Positions 1-19,212 of a DNA stretch of 64,000 nt are shown in pieces. Made by a program: the position numbers and the translations under genes. Location of the stretch: NCBI GenBank assembly GCA_002269645.1, contig NIVC01003901.1:44624-108623 (forward strand), in the 5' to 3' direction. Source of the stretch: Macrostomum lignano. Lineage: Eukaryota. A model generated the notes under the pieces. The model was not told the origin of the DNA. It made no database searches and worked only from the letters and a program-made list of their open reading frames with translations. Every line of letters starts with the position of its first letter. Position 1 is the stretch's first letter.

Positions 1-838
1 GCAAATAAATATGCAGCCGAATGCAGTTCGGAGGCGCGGTGGATTTCAGCTGACACTGAGTCGAGTCAGCTGATGTTTCACTATTTAAAGCGCAAAGCAT
101 TTCCTGGACAACCGGCTACTGTACACAAATCGCAGTTGGAAAGGCGCAAAGAATAGCAAAACAGAGAAACATCGAGTCTTTCATGGCTAGAAGCAATTAA
201 ATTAGCGACTTAGACAGAGGTATGAGAAAGTTAAGGTTCGCAGAGGGGACAGCGGGCAAAGCAAAAATTGTTGCTATCGTGTAGAATTTGCTACGAAATT
301 CAGTTCCTATTATCAAATTAATTCTAAGCTGCCGCTATCTTGCTACTAACAGTAGTGAGTGGCGGCGGGCGAAATTCGCAAAGCGGAGAAGGCGGGTCCG
401 GGCTGCGGGAGGCCAAGGCGAGCGCACAGTGCAGAATAAGTTGTCATGGACAGCTATGACCGCGGACGCAAACTGCAGGAGCTCTGTGAGTTCGGTGAGG
501 GAGACATGTATGGCTGCCAATCTACAATGCCAGCAAGCATAGGCGGAATACTGCCAGCCGGGCCGGGGCTCAAGGCTGCTGGTTAGAACTGGAACGAATG
601 CCAAACAGAGGAACAAAACTTGAATGCAACAAACATATCAGATAATCTGCACAGCAACTACAGAGCATTTTTGTCAGTCAGTGAAAGCGAGAAGCGCAGC
701 GGTGGGTCCGAGGATGAGGCGGCCATCAGAGTCTTAGCAACAGTTTTTTTTCCAAATGAATCTCGGCACACTTTGAAACAGTTCCGTATCCAAAGGGAAA
801 CTTGCGGTTGCTATGCTGTTGACAGGCTGGCCAAGCCG

Positions 839-5692
<4,854 letters not shown>

Positions 5693-5744
5693 TCTGAAAT
5701 GAGAAGTTTGTTTACTTTTTGGTAAAGTATTTGTATATGTGCAT

Positions 5745-6119
<375 letters not shown>

Positions 6120-9050
6120 CACTCCATCGATAACTTGTTCTACCGAAGTCTTTACGCCCCAAATCCAATTGGTTTAACCCCAGAGGGGAAGAAGACCGGG
6201 CAGGGTATCCCACGCAAGACGCAGGCGCTGCTGCCCGCGCAGGCCCGGTTTCACTTTCCCGCCTTTGTCACGCGCGCCCCAAAGCTGTTCCATTAAAACA
6301 AAACACAGTCGGGCCTTTCCAGCTTCTCCACCCTTTTTCCATCCGATGGGGAAGAGAGTCTGAGCCCCGTGGGCCGGCTCTGGACTCGGACAGTATGGGA
6401 TGCGGCGCTTGCCTTGGGCAGCTTATCCAGCAAATGCCTATAAAAACTCTAACCGCCCAGCTCAAAAACAGTTGGCCTGTTGAAACTGGCAGTGTGCTGA
6501 AATCTGCGCCCGGGCTCCGCTGCGATTGACCTGACTGGTGGGGCCGGGCTGGGCATTCCACAGCTGAGTGCTGCCCTTACACTAATCCGTACACTAATCC
6601 CCTGTGGATTAGCGTTAGAAGCAACATGGATTTTAATGCATTTTTTTTCAATTCAAACTTGACACGCGCAAATCAGCTGATCGACGCTTCATTGTCTATG
6701 GGCCAAACCGGGCTATGATGGCAATTAGAATGAAAATGTGTCATTTCTGGGAACTCTCGTCAGCCGGAGCGTCAGCCACTAATTCCTAATAACTGCATTC
6801 ATATTTCATGACTGATCCCAGCAATTTCCGATAGAAATGGGTTGCCGGTTGCGGAGGCGAGAAAAGAATAATATATTCCCTGGGAGCTGAGGACCGCGGA
6901 GCTAATCAAAACTCAGCAGTGGGATCGAATGCTGATCTGACCGGCCTCACGCAATGGGACCCACTCAGCCGCTGTGGTCAGTCCAACTCCAGAGCGACAA
7001 CTCACACCAGGATGCTCAGGGATCTTAGCCCAAGCGGCACTCCCCAGCGGAAGCCGGGCCGGCACTTCAGCCGAGGCTCCGGCGCACTCACTTGGAAGAC
7101 CAGCCAGCGCGACTTTCTCGCTGAACTCGAGTGGCCGGTGGCGGCTATGCCAGGCGGGCGCGGCAGAGCGGCTGCTCAGATGGAAGCATCGCCTCAAAGT
7201 GCTCCGCCGCGGGGCTAGCAGGGCTATTGTGCTGCGGCAATTGTCAAAACTCGGCTGGCATGAGGAATCGCCGGCTCAAGAGATGCAAATTTGGCATCGC
7301 CAAAGCACAGAGGGGGAGGGGCTGCCTACTGCAGATAAATGGCTTGGGGCAGCGGGGAGCAAAGGGGGAGTGGGAGAGACCGGGGAAGGGAGAGGAGAGG
7401 TGCGGCTTGGGGAAGTCCTCCAGCGTACGCGGCAGGCGGGGTTGGCGCCGGCCTGGGGGTGGACCGCAGCCCGGGCTGGTCGATGGTCCGTAGCCGCGAG
7501 GGCAGGGAGGGGGCGGCCTCCACTTTCCGTCGCCCAAGCCAGCGGCCACTCAGCAGGTCGGAGCCGCTGAAGTGGAGAGGCTGCCTCTCCCCCTCTCTGT
7601 CTCTACCCTCTCCTTCTCTATTTTTCTTTGCACAGGCAGGGAGGAGCTCCCACCGGTCCTTCAGCCGCACCGTTTCTCCTCAGCACACACTGAGCGCCCG
7701 TCCCACTCTGACAATAATTCCACAATGGGCATGCGGGGCTTTTAGTGGGCGTTTCTTATCTCATTCTCCTTTGACGATGAAATGTTTAATCAGCGGCCAC
7801 TCGGAAGAACTGCCGGGCCAATAGCCTGGATGCGTGAATTAAAATGCGAAAATGGGACAGTTGTGAGCCGAGGCACTGAGGTACTTTAGCGCTGGCCAGG
7901 GAGAGCCGGTGCTCCTGCCGCTGGGCTGCTCTTATCTGGGGCTGCGGATCGGGCCGGCCTGGACTGCTGCCAAGCTGCCGATGCGTCAGCGACGCGGAGC
8001 GGGGGCGGGGGAGGAAGGCTGAGTGACGGCAGTCAGCGATCCCGAGGCGAGAGGCGGGCTGACGAGCCCCCGCTAAACGGCAGAAGCTGAGGAGAAGAGA
8101 GTCGAAGAAAGAAAGAAAGAACGAAGGCTGCTGGCTAAAAAAGGTGCCGAAAGCAAGCCGAACCTCTGCCAGCGGGCGGGAGGAAAACAAAGGACTTCGG
8201 CTGGATTAAAAATAGAATCGAGGATTTGGGAAGGGAGCGGTTAGCGAGGAAGCGAGAGATTAGAGGGGGAGATTAGAGAGGAGAGAAGAGAGAGGAGAGA
8301 GGAGAGGGGAGAGGGAAGAAAGGAGAGGGGAGAAAAGAGATGGGAGAAAAGAGAGGGTAAAGAGGAGGTTGAGAGGGAAAAGGAGCCTGGAGGAAGCAGG
8401 GGATCGAGAAGACATGAGATTGATCTGGACTGCACTGAAAGAGGAAAGCGCTGCTGAACCAGGGCGCAACAAACCGGAGCAGTCCTGCCTGCCGGGCAAG
8501 CCTGGAGGCTGAGGGGCAGTGGAAGCATTAATATTTATCGCCTCTGAACGGTCCAGCTGCCTCCGATCCGTCATCCCTGAACCAGCGCTCCCCCAGCCGA
8601 GCTTCCGGCAGGCGGACTTCTCCCGCTGACCCGGGGCGCGGCAGGTCCGCCGCTTCGAGAGCAAGCAGCAATCGATGCCGCACTGTCGAAGGATTTTGTT
8701 GCAGCCGGCTCTGCTTTTGCAGACAAGTTTCAGCGGCTATTCTTTTCGTTTTTCGTCTATTTTTAGCAGCAAGTTTTCTTTCATGTATTTGCTCTGCTAT
8801 TGCCCTGTTTGTGAGCAAACTCGCCTGCCCCTTGCCTGGGGCGGCCTGAGGCGGCCGGCCGGTCCAACTGAGCCGGGCAGGAAGCTGCGAACTGCTGCAC
8901 CGTTGATGAGGGAGTGGCTGGAAACTGGGCGAAGACGAGAACGAGACCTGAATGCGAAATGATGAAGGAGTCTTCCTGGAAAAGGAGGGCTGAGCAGCTT
9001 TGTGCGCTCAACACTGGAGAGTTTGCTGCTCAGCTAAGGGTGAGGGATCT

Positions 9051-9891
9051 GGTGTGACTCTGAGGTGACTGATGTGACTCTGACGTGACTGGTGTGACTC
9101 TGAGGTGACTGATGTGACTCTGACGTGACTGGTGTGACTCTGAGGTGACTGATGTGACTCTGACGTGACTGGTGTGACTCTGAGGTGACTGATGTGACTC
9201 TGACGTGACTGGTGTGACTCTGAGGTGACTGATGTGACTCTGACGTGACTGGTGTGACTCTGAGGTGACTGATGTGACTCTGAGGTGACGGATGTGACTC
9301 TGACGTGACTGGTGTGACTCTGAGGTGACTGATGTGACTCTGACGTGACTGGTGTGACTCTGAGGTGACTGATGTGACTCTGAGGTGACTGGTGTGACTC
9401 TGACGTGACTGGTGTGACTCTGAGGTGACTGATGTGACTCTGAGGTGACGGATGTGACTCTGACGTGACTGATGTGACTCTGAGGTGACTGGTGTGACTC
9501 TGACGTGACTGGTGTGACTCTGAGGTGACTGATGTGACTCTGACGTGACTGGTGTGACTCTGAGGTGACTGATGTGACTCTGAGGTGACTGGTGTGACTC
9601 TGAGGTGACTGATGTGACTCTGACGTGACTGGTGTGACTCTGAGGTGACTGATGTGACTCTGAGGTGACTGGTGTGACTCTGACGTGACTGATGTGACTC
9701 TGAGGTGACGGATGTGACTCTGACGTGACTGATGTGACTCTGACGTGACTGGTGTGACTCTGACGTGACTGATGTGACTCTGAGGTGACTGATGTGACTC
9801 TGACGTGACTGGTGTGACTCTGAGGTGACGGATGTGACTCTGACGTGACTGATGTGACTCTGATGTGACTGGTGTGACTCTGAGGTGACTC
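9051..9891. repeat. 20-bp minisatellite (GTGACTCTGA(G/C)GTGACTG(A/G)T)
   Basis: About 42 tandem copies with variant interspersion. Confidence 0.96.
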
Positions 9892-9904
9892 CAGGGTTCT
9901 CTAG

Positions 9905-10428
9905 GGTGACTCATTCGAGAATAATTGGTGACTCATTCGAGAATAATTGGTGACTCATTCGAGAATAATTGGTGACTCATTGAAAATGATTGGTGACTCA
10001 TTGAGAGTGATTGGTGACTCATTGAGAGTGATTGGTGACTCATTGAGAGTAATTGGTGACTCATTGAGAGTGATTGGTGACTCATTGAGAATGATTGGTG
10101 ACTCATTGAGAGTGATTGGTGACTCATTGAGAATGATTGGTGACTCATTGAGAATGATTGGTGACTCATTGAGAGTGATTGGTGACTCATTGAGAATGAT
10201 TGGTGACTCATTGAGAATGATTGGTGACTCATTGAGAATGATTGGTGACTCATCGAGAATGATTGGTGACTCATTGAGAATGATTGGTGACTCATTGAGA
10301 GTGATTGGTGACTCATTGAGAATGATTGGTGACTCATCGAGAATGATTGGTGACTCATTGAAAATGATTGGTGACTCATTGAGAATGATTGGTGACTCAT
10401 TGAGAATGATTGGTGACTCATTGAGAAT
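9905..10428. repeat. 21-bp minisatellite (GGTGACTCATTGAGAATGATT)
   Basis: About 25 copies; shares the GGTGACTC core with the adjacent 20-bp array. Confidence 0.96.
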
Positions 10429-11867
10429 AGCAGTTTGATAGCTGGCTATATTTCGCCGGTGCTGTCTGCAATTCACTACTCACGGCCGAAACGGGGAGAG
10501 TTGCGAATCGATAGCTGAGACTGGAGAACGGAAAGGGGTCGCTGGCAGAGGAGGAGGCCGCGGCTTGCGTGTTGGGGAAGAAATGCGAGCTGGGAAGCCA
10601 CTTGAGGTGCCAGAGAGGCCACCCCAGATGCCACTGCAGGCGCCCCAAGCAGACAATGCAAAAAGCTGGCTATATTGCGGCGCCCAGATGCAGTTGGGGA
10701 CACGGCTGAGTGAAATTCCCGAGGCTCCGTGACCTGCGACTGCTGTTGCTGCTGTCTTCCCATTATTGTTGCCATGACAACTACCAACTGTATGGAGGAT
10801 GATTTGACAGCGCTGACATCCCATCAGCGGGCTTCTATCGCTAAGATGAGGGCTTCGCTCACAAACTCTGCATTCAGTATGCCTCTGGGGGAAAAGCCAC
10901 ACAGCTAAAATAGTCAGGTCGAGTCGCGCTACTACTCGAGTCAGTAGTGATTGTCAATTGAAAACTAAGGCCGCCAACTTGCTGCCGAGGGGAGGGGGGG
11001 CAGAGCTCAGGGTCGCAGCACAATGGAAACTGGGGATTCACTAGCCGGGGAGGGGGTCGGAAGGCGTGAAAGCGGAGGCTGGATGGAGCAGGGAGGCTGG
11101 GACAGGCAGAGCCTCGCCCAGGCCAGGCCCGGAGACAAAGCGAGCTGTCTTGCTGGCAGCGGGTGATTCCCACCTGTTGGGAGCGGAAAGCAACATTGTT
11201 GGAGGGAGCTGCTGCTGGGGAGTTGCAGATAGAGGAGGGACTCCCGCTAGTCCCCGGACTGATGAGGAGCGAGAAGGAAGCTGGGGGCATCAGGGAAGGG
11301 AGAAAGTAGGGGTGGCAATGGAGAGACGGAGAAGAGGGGAAGCAGCGCACAAGATTTTAGAAAATTTGAGTTGCTCAGCGCTGGCTGCGCGAGGCGGCCG
11401 GATAGCCGGGTTTGAAAAATTTTCCTCCTCAATAGGAAACAAAGAGAGGCCCGGAGCAGATAGGGGAAGAGGCGGACGGCAGAAGGCGAGGCCGGGAGGG
11501 AAACGCCTCAAGATTATTATCCGCTGCTTCGGGCCAGCAGCATCCGTTGGGAGTCACCTGCCAAGGAGGGCACGGCCTGAGCAGGGAGCAGCCTTCATAA
11601 TCCTGCTCCCCATTTCTAACCTGCCCCACTGTTTGCCTAATCCCCCTGGCGCACGCTCGGGCCGCCAGTGTCACGAAATCACTGAGTTGACGGTCGCCCG
11701 AGGCGGGACGGCAGCTGTAGGGCGGATGCAGCAGCGCAGGAGAGGAAAAGTGAGAAACTAAAAAAAGTATGTCAGCAAGAAGCCACCCACGCGGAGGTGG
11801 CTGACCCCCGCTGGTCTTGCAATGCGATTGCATTGGCCAACTGCGGGGCAAAGTGATGCACCTTTCA

Positions 11868-12410
11868 GAAATCGCCCCACTGAGAATCGCCCCCTGAGAA
11901 TTGCCCCCTGAGAATCACCTTACTGAGAATCGCCCCACTGAGAATCACCTTACTGAGAATCGCCCCACTGAGAATCGCCCCACTGAGAATCGCCCCACTG
12001 AGAATCGCCCCACTGAGAATCGCCCCACTGAGAATCGCCCCACTGAGAATCGCCCCACTGAGAATCGCCCCACTGAGAATCGCCCCACTGAGAATCGCCC
12101 CACTGAGAATCACCTTACTGAGAATCGCCCCACTGAGAATCGCCCCACTGAGAATCGCCCCACTGAGAATCGCCCCACTGAGAATCGCCCCACTGAGAAT
12201 CGCCCCACTGAGAATCGCCCCACTGAGAATCGCCCCACTGAGAATCGCCCCACTGAGAATCGCCCCACTGAGAATCGCCCCACTGAGAATCGCCCCACTG
12301 AGAATCGCCCCACTGAGAATCGCCCCACTGAGAATCGCCCCCCTGAGAATCGCCCCCAGAGAATTGCCCCACTGAGAATCGCCCCAGAGAATCGCCCCAC
12401 TGAGAATCGC
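11868..12410. repeat. 15-bp minisatellite (CTGAGAATCGCCCCA)
   Basis: About 36 copies. Confidence 0.96.
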
Positions 12411-12533
12411 TACTTAGCTTTATAGTTGATGCCGAAGAACCAACCTTAATAGTACTGTTTGGGATAAATCACTTCTGAAAATCTTACCTGACAATAATCG
12501 TCCCTGATGAAAATCGGCCCAAATGAAAATCCT

Positions 12534-12785
12534 CCCTGATGATAATCACCCATGATGATAATCACCCTTGATAATAATCACCTCTGATGATAATCACCCA
12601 TGATGATAATCACCCCTGATGATAATCACCCTTGATAATAATCACCTCTGATGATAATCACCCATGATGATAATCACCCCGGTTGATAATCACCCCTGAT
12701 GATAATCACATTTGATGATAATCACCCCTAATTAAAATCACCTCTGATTAAAATCGCCCTGGTTATAATCACCCCTGATCAAAAT
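12534..12785. repeat. Degenerate 16-bp minisatellite (TGATGATAATCACCCC)
   Basis: About 15 diverged copies. Confidence 0.9.
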
Positions 12786-13419
12786 CGCCCATTTAAATCC
12801 ATCTCTTGGGAATTTCTCCCTTTGCTGCTCAACCCCTTGAGCGCAGAACAGCCTCACAGTCCCAATTAAGGCTGTTTCGCATTCTTCACTCAGCCATCCT
12901 GCAGCGGCTTACCGAATCCCATTTAATTCCCCATCTTTGCAATCGAATTCAGCCCCCTCCAGTCTTTGATGCGAGCAGAAATCCAATTTAATCAGATTTT
13001 GATTATCAGCTGCTCTCAGCCTGAGCACTAAGTGAGCAGCCGGACTCACCTGTAGGCATCGCCCCCCCCGCCCGCAGCTCTGTCCAGCTCCTTTAACACC
13101 CGGCCGCCTCGCTGACGGAAACTACTCGCTTCCGTCTAGAATTTCTTTTCTCCCCGACTCCCCGCTCCCCACTCGGACCTCCCAGGAAGTTAACTCGGTA
13201 AACAGAGGGCCCCAGCGGCTCAGATTCAGGCTGGGCCAGGAAATTCTGGAAAGACGGAGGGATGATGTGGGTGGGGGCATTAGTCCAGCGCTTCTGTGAG
13301 CGCATCGAGTCAGCAGCTCTCTAGGTTTGCTCTTCCCGAATTTCCCGTCTCGTATTTTTTGAACCGCTGTAGTTGGAGTTGCCAGCAGATGCAGTGCGAG
13401 TTTTATAAATTTGCTTAAC

Positions 13420-14288
13420 AGGTAGGATAGGACACAGGTGGGATGGGACACAGGTAGGATGGGACACAGGTAGGATGGGACACAGGTAGGATGGGACACA
13501 GGTAGGATGGGACACAGGTGGGATGGGACACAGGTAGGATGGGACACAGGTGGGATGGGACACAGGTGGGATGGGACACAGGTGGGATGGGACACAGGTA
13601 GGATGGGACACAGGTGGGATGGGACACAGGTGGGATGGGACACAGGTAGGATGGGACACAAGTAGGATGGGACACAGGTGGGATGGGACACAGGTAGGAT
13701 GGGACACAGGTAGGATGGGACACAAGTAGGATGGGACACAGGTGGGATGGGACACAGGTAGGATGGGACACAAGTAGGATGGGACACAGGTGGGATGGGA
13801 CACAGGTAGGATGGGACACAAGTAGGATGGGACACAGGTGGGATGGGACACAAGTGGGATGGGACACAGGTGGGATGGGACACAGGTGGGATGGGACACA
13901 GGTAGGATGGGACACAAGTAGGATGGGACACAGGTGGGATGGGACACAAGTGGGATGGGACACAGGTGGGATGGGACACAGGTGGGATGGGACACAGGTG
14001 GGATGGGACACAGGTGAGATAGGACACAGGTGGGATGGGACACAGGTGGGATGGGACACAGGTGGGATGGGACACAGGTAGGATGGGACACAAGTAGGAT
14101 GGGACACAGGTGGGATGGGACACAGGTAGGATGGGACACAGGTGGGATGGGACACAGGTGGGATGGGACACAGGTGGGATGGGACACAGGTGGGATGGGA
14201 CACAGGTAGGATGGGACACAAGTAGGATGGGACACAGGTGGGATGGGACACAGGTAGGATGGGACACAGGTGGGATGGGACACAGGTA
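13420..14288. repeat. 16-bp minisatellite (ACACAGGT(G/A)GGATGGG)
   Basis: About 54 copies. Confidence 0.96.
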
Positions 14289-14834
14289 GAGGGTTCGGGA
14301 GAGGGGAGACGTAGGATGCGGTGAGCAGAGACTACATGGGAAATATCAGTAATGAAACCAGGAGACTCAAGAGGCAATGCAATAATTTCAGGAATTGTGT
14401 TTTTCCCTTGATTTCTTTGGATTTGACAATTCGGCTCGCGTGCTGGCAGAAGCAATTTTGGCCGCTTTTTGTGCCCGAATGAATGCAGCAGGCGAGGGAG
14501 ACGGCCGCCCTCAGTTATTTGCTATCCTCAATGCAATTAATTTGCAGAGCCCTCAGCCCCGAGCCGCCCAAATCAATGGCGTACTCTCTCTAAGCTTGCC
14601 TCGGAGCGCTTCGTGGCTCATTTGGCCGCGGGCGGCCAACCCGGACACCGCGGGTGGCGGGGGGGGGCGCACGTGACCTCGAATGCCACGATATGACAGC
14701 TGATCTTGAACTGGCGCACTCCTGGCTAATAGACAGTCCGAGTTGTGCAGCAATTGAAATATTCATATCAAATACTGGCGTCAGCTTCATGATGGACCGT
14801 CTGCTCTTTCAACAGGAAGCACTAGAGAGGCTGA

Positions 14835-16845
14835 TACAAGCACCATCAGGGAGAATTCCCCAATATCTAATACAAGCACCATCAGGGAGAATTCCCCAAT
14901 ATCTAATACAAGCACCATCAGGGAGAATTCCCCAATATCTAATACAAGCACCATCAGGGAGAATTCCCCAATATCTAATACAAGCACCATCAGGGAGAAT
15001 TCCCCAATATCTAATACAAGCATCATCAGGGAGAATTCACCGATATCTAATACAAGCACCATCAGGGAGAATTCCCCGATATCTAATACAAGCACCATCA
15101 GGGAGAATTCCCCAATATCTAATACAAGCACCATCAGGGAGAATTCCCCAATATCTAATGCAAGCATTTATCAGGGAGAATTCCTCAATATCTAATACAA
15201 GCATTTATCAGGGAGAATTTCTAAATATCCAATGCAAGCATCATCAGGGAGAATTCCCCAATATCTAATGCAAGCAATTATCAGGGAGAATTTCCCAATA
15301 TCTAATGCAAGCATCATCAGGGAGAATTCCCCAATATCTAATGCAAGCATCATCAGGGAGAATTCCCCGATATCTAATGCAAGCATCATCAGGGAGAATT
15401 CCCCGATATCTAATGCAAGCATCATCAGGGAGAATTCCCCAATATCTAATGCAAGCATCATCAGGGAGAATTCCCCGATATCTAATGCAAGCATCATCAG
15501 GGAGAATTCCCCGATATCTAATACAAGCATCATCAGGGAGAATTCCCCGATATCTAATGCAAGCATCATCAGGGAGAATTCCCCGATATCTAATACAAGC
15601 ACCATCAGGGAGAATTCCCCAATATCTAATACAAGCACCATCAGGGAGAATTCCCCAATATCTAATGCAAGCATCATCAGGGAGAATTCCCAATATCTAA
15701 TACAAGCATCATCAGGGAGAATTCTAAATATCTAATGCAAGCATCATCAGGGAGAATTCCCCAATATCTAATGCAAGCATTATCAGGGAGAATTTCCCAA
15801 TATCTAATGCAAGCATCATCAGGGAGAATTCCCCAATATCTAATGCAAGCATCATCAGGGAGAATTCCCGATATCTAATGCAAGCATCATCAGGGAGAAT
15901 TCCCCGATATCTAATGCAAGCATCATCAGGGAGAATTCCCCGATATCTAATGCAAGCATCATCAGGGAGAATTCCCCGATATCTAATGCAAGCATCATCA
16001 GGGAGAATTCCCCGATATCTAATGCAAGCATCATCAGGGAGAATTCCCCGATATCTAATGCAAGCATCATCAGGGAGAATTCCCCGATATCTAATGCAAG
16101 CATCATCAGGGAGAATTCCCGATATCTAATGCAAGCATCATCAGGGAGAATTCCCGATATCTAATGCAAGCATCATCAGGGAGAATTCCCCGATATCTAA
16201 TGCAAGCATCATCAGGGAGAATTCCCGATATCTAATGCAAGCATCATCAGGGAGAATTCCCCGATATCTAATGCAAGCATCATCAGGGAGAATTCCCCGA
16301 TATCTAATGCAAGCATCATCAGGGAGAATTCCCCGATATCTAATGCAAGCATCATCAGGGAGAATTCCCGATATCTAATGCAAGCATCATCAGGGAGAAT
16401 TCCCCGATATCTAATGCAAGCATCATCAGGGAGAATTCCCCGATATCTAATCAAGCATCATCAGGGAGAATTCCCGATATCTAATGCAAGCATCATCAGG
16501 GAGAATTCCCGATATCTAATGCAAGCATCATCAGGGAGAATTCCCCGATATCTAATACAAGCATCATCAGGGAGAATTCCCCGATATCTAATGCAAGCAT
16601 CATCAGGGAGAATTCCCGATATCTAATGCAAGCATCATCAGGGAGAATTCCCCGATATCTAATGCAAGCATCATCAGGGAGAATTCCCCGATATCTAATG
16701 CAAGCATCATCAGGGAGAATTCCCCGAAATCTAATGCAAGCATCATCAAGGAGAATTCCCCGATATCTAATGCAAGCATCATCAGGGAGAATTCCCCGAT
16801 ATCTAATGCAAGCATCATCAGGGAGAATTCCCCGATATCTAATGT
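14835..16845. repeat. 36-bp minisatellite (ATCAGGGAGAATTCCCCGATATCTAATGCAAGCATC)
   Basis: About 56 head-to-tail copies, some 35 bp; no spacers. Confidence 0.96.
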
Positions 16846-17317
16846 GAGAATTAGCAGGGAGATTTGTGATGTGAGATCTGTTTCATCCCTTTCAAAAGCA
16901 ATCAGTGGTCCTTGAATAAATTCTTTGGGTGGAAGAAACTCAAACTCAAGCTACCAGCAGCTCAGAATGGCATCTAAGCACGAGCTGTCAACACTGATCT
17001 GTATTTAATTTGCTTCACCACAATAATTCCCATCTGACTAATCGGTCACGCCTCAAAAAAGTTAGTCGGGTATCCAACACAATAATCCATCGTATTAAGA
17101 TGTGCCATCTTGGTAGCGCGTCTGGGATGAATTAGAAAATTTTATTCTTTGGGAAATAAGATTAGTTGATGGATATTGAGATTAAGGATTTCAAGCTCAT
17201 CTCATCCAGTTTAATCTGAGCATTATCATCTTTTCAACTAACTCCAGAGCGCCCGTGCCATATGGCCGTTAAAATCTCTTGCCCTATCAAATTGTTCAAC
17301 CCCCGGGGAGCTCCATC

Positions 17318-17915
17318 AGCCCTGCCCCTGCCCCTGCCCCAGCCCCAGCCCCAGCCCCAGCCCCAGCCCCAGCCCCAGCCCCAGCCCCAGCCCCAGCCCC
17401 AGCCCCAGCCCCAGCCCCAGCCCCAGCCCCAGTCTCTACCCCAGCCCCAATCCCAGCCCCCCCAGCCCAGCCCCAGCCCCAGCCCCAGCCCCAGCCCCAG
17501 CCCCAGCCCCAGCCCCAGCCCCAGCCCCAGCCCCAGCCCCAGCCCCAGCCCCCCCAGCCCCAGCCCTACCCCAGCCCTACCCCAGCCCCAGCCCCAGCCC
17601 CAGCCCCAGCCCCAGCCCCAGCCCCAGCCCCAGCCCCAGCCCCAGCCCCAGCCCCAGCCCCAGCCCCAGCCCCAGCCCCAGCCCCAGCCCCAGCCCTACC
17701 CCAGCCCTACCCCCCCAGCCCCAGCCCCAGCCCCAGCCCCAGCCCCAGCCCCAGCCCCAGCCCCAGCCCCAGCCCCAGCCCCAGCCCCAGCCCTCTCTAC
17801 CCAGCCCCAATCCCAGCCCCACCCCAGCCCCAGCCCGAGCCCCAACCCCAGCCCTAGCCCCAGCCTTAGCCCCAGCCCTAGCCCCAGCCTTAGCCCCAGC
17901 CCCAGCCCCAGTCCC
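17318..17915. repeat. (AGCCCC)n hexamer repeat
   Basis: About 600 bp; reads (GGGGCT)n on the minus strand. Confidence 0.96.
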
Positions 17916-18761
17916 AGCTCACCGTCTGGGTTCGGCCTCTACAAACGCATAGCTTCTATCCGGCGATCGGCTGCAAGACCTCGGACGGGACGGCGAGCCG
18001 GAGCGAGACCGCGACCTGGATGACCTGGCGAGCCGGGACCGCCTGACCTGGTGCTGCCGCTGCTGCCTGCTGTGGTCGTGCAGGTTCCGGCTCTGGTGGA
18101 ACATAGACCGCTGGGCGCCTCCGTTCTCAGCCTGGCTCTTTGCCTGAGACTAAAGTCCAGCCAGCCTCGCGCCTGCTCGCCTCGGGGAGGATTTCTGTGG
18201 CTACTTAGCCGCAAAGCAATGATAGATGTTGCTTCCAGGCAGCCAGCGCTGCTTGGCGCAGCTTTTCAGCTGGACGAGACCGAAAGGCGAAGGAGGAGGT
18301 GGGGGGGTTGAGAATGAGAGCGAGAGCCAGGCACCCAAACCCATCGATCTCAGGCAAGCCCGGCTGCTGCCATTGGCTGGGAGACTCTCGCCCAGGTCCC
18401 TGCCATGATATGCATTCTTCATCCCCAGCCTCCCCATGCAATTGTTTTGCCCCAGCAGCTGCTCCCGTCGCCAGGCCAGCATTTTCTGGAGAAGAGGAAA
18501 AGTGGGCCACAAATGGATGAAGAATGCGGCTTGAGTCCCGCTGTGGCTACCCAAGTTTCCCGCAATTTTTATCGGAGTCAAGGCTCGGAGGGTTCTCGCT
18601 GACACTCACCGCATTCATTGCCGATGTGTGACTCCATGAGAGCTGGGCAGATGCAGCGGCCATGGTTTGGGAATGGCAGTGGCGGAAGCAGCGGGGCCCA
18701 TTGCAATGCAGAGGGGCGGACAGCCTGAGATAATTGGGGGAAAACACTGCAGTGTATACGC

Positions 18762-19212
18762 ATGAGAGAAGCAATGTGATTTGCATGAGAAGCAATGTGA
18801 TCAGCATGAGAAGCAATGTGATCAGCATGGAAGCAATGTGATCAGTATGAGAAGCAATGTGATCAGTATGAGAAGCAATGTGATCAGTATGAGAAGCAAT
18901 GTGATCAGCATGAGAAGCAATGTGATCAGCATGAGAAGCAATGTGATCAGCATGAGAAGCAATGTGATCAGCATGAGAAGCAAAGTGATCAGTATGGAAG
19001 CAATGTGATCAGAATGGAAGCAATGTGATCAGAATGGAAGCAATGTGATCAGCATGGAAGCAATGTGATCAGTGTGGAAGCAATGTGATTAGAATAGAAG
19101 CAAGGTGATCAGAATGGGAGCAATGTGATCAGCATGGAAGCAATGTGATCAGTGTGGAAGCAATGTGATTAGAATAGAAGCAAGGTGATCAGAATGGGAG
19201 CAATGTGATCAG
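18762..19212. repeat. 20-21-bp minisatellite (GCAATGTGATCAGCATGAGAA)
   Basis: About 21 copies, grading into a purine-rich tract. Confidence 0.93.

Noticed and set aside
14835-16845. 36-bp partly palindromic repeat resembling a CRISPR direct repeat or NF-kB site
   Set aside because: Head-to-tail with no unique spacers and no cas genes in a eukaryotic context; GGGAGAATTCCC does not fit the kB spacing well.
17923-18730. RS-rich and other short minus-strand ORFs ending at a donor
   Set aside because: Every frame is interrupted and no family is recognisable; possibly a non-coding exon.
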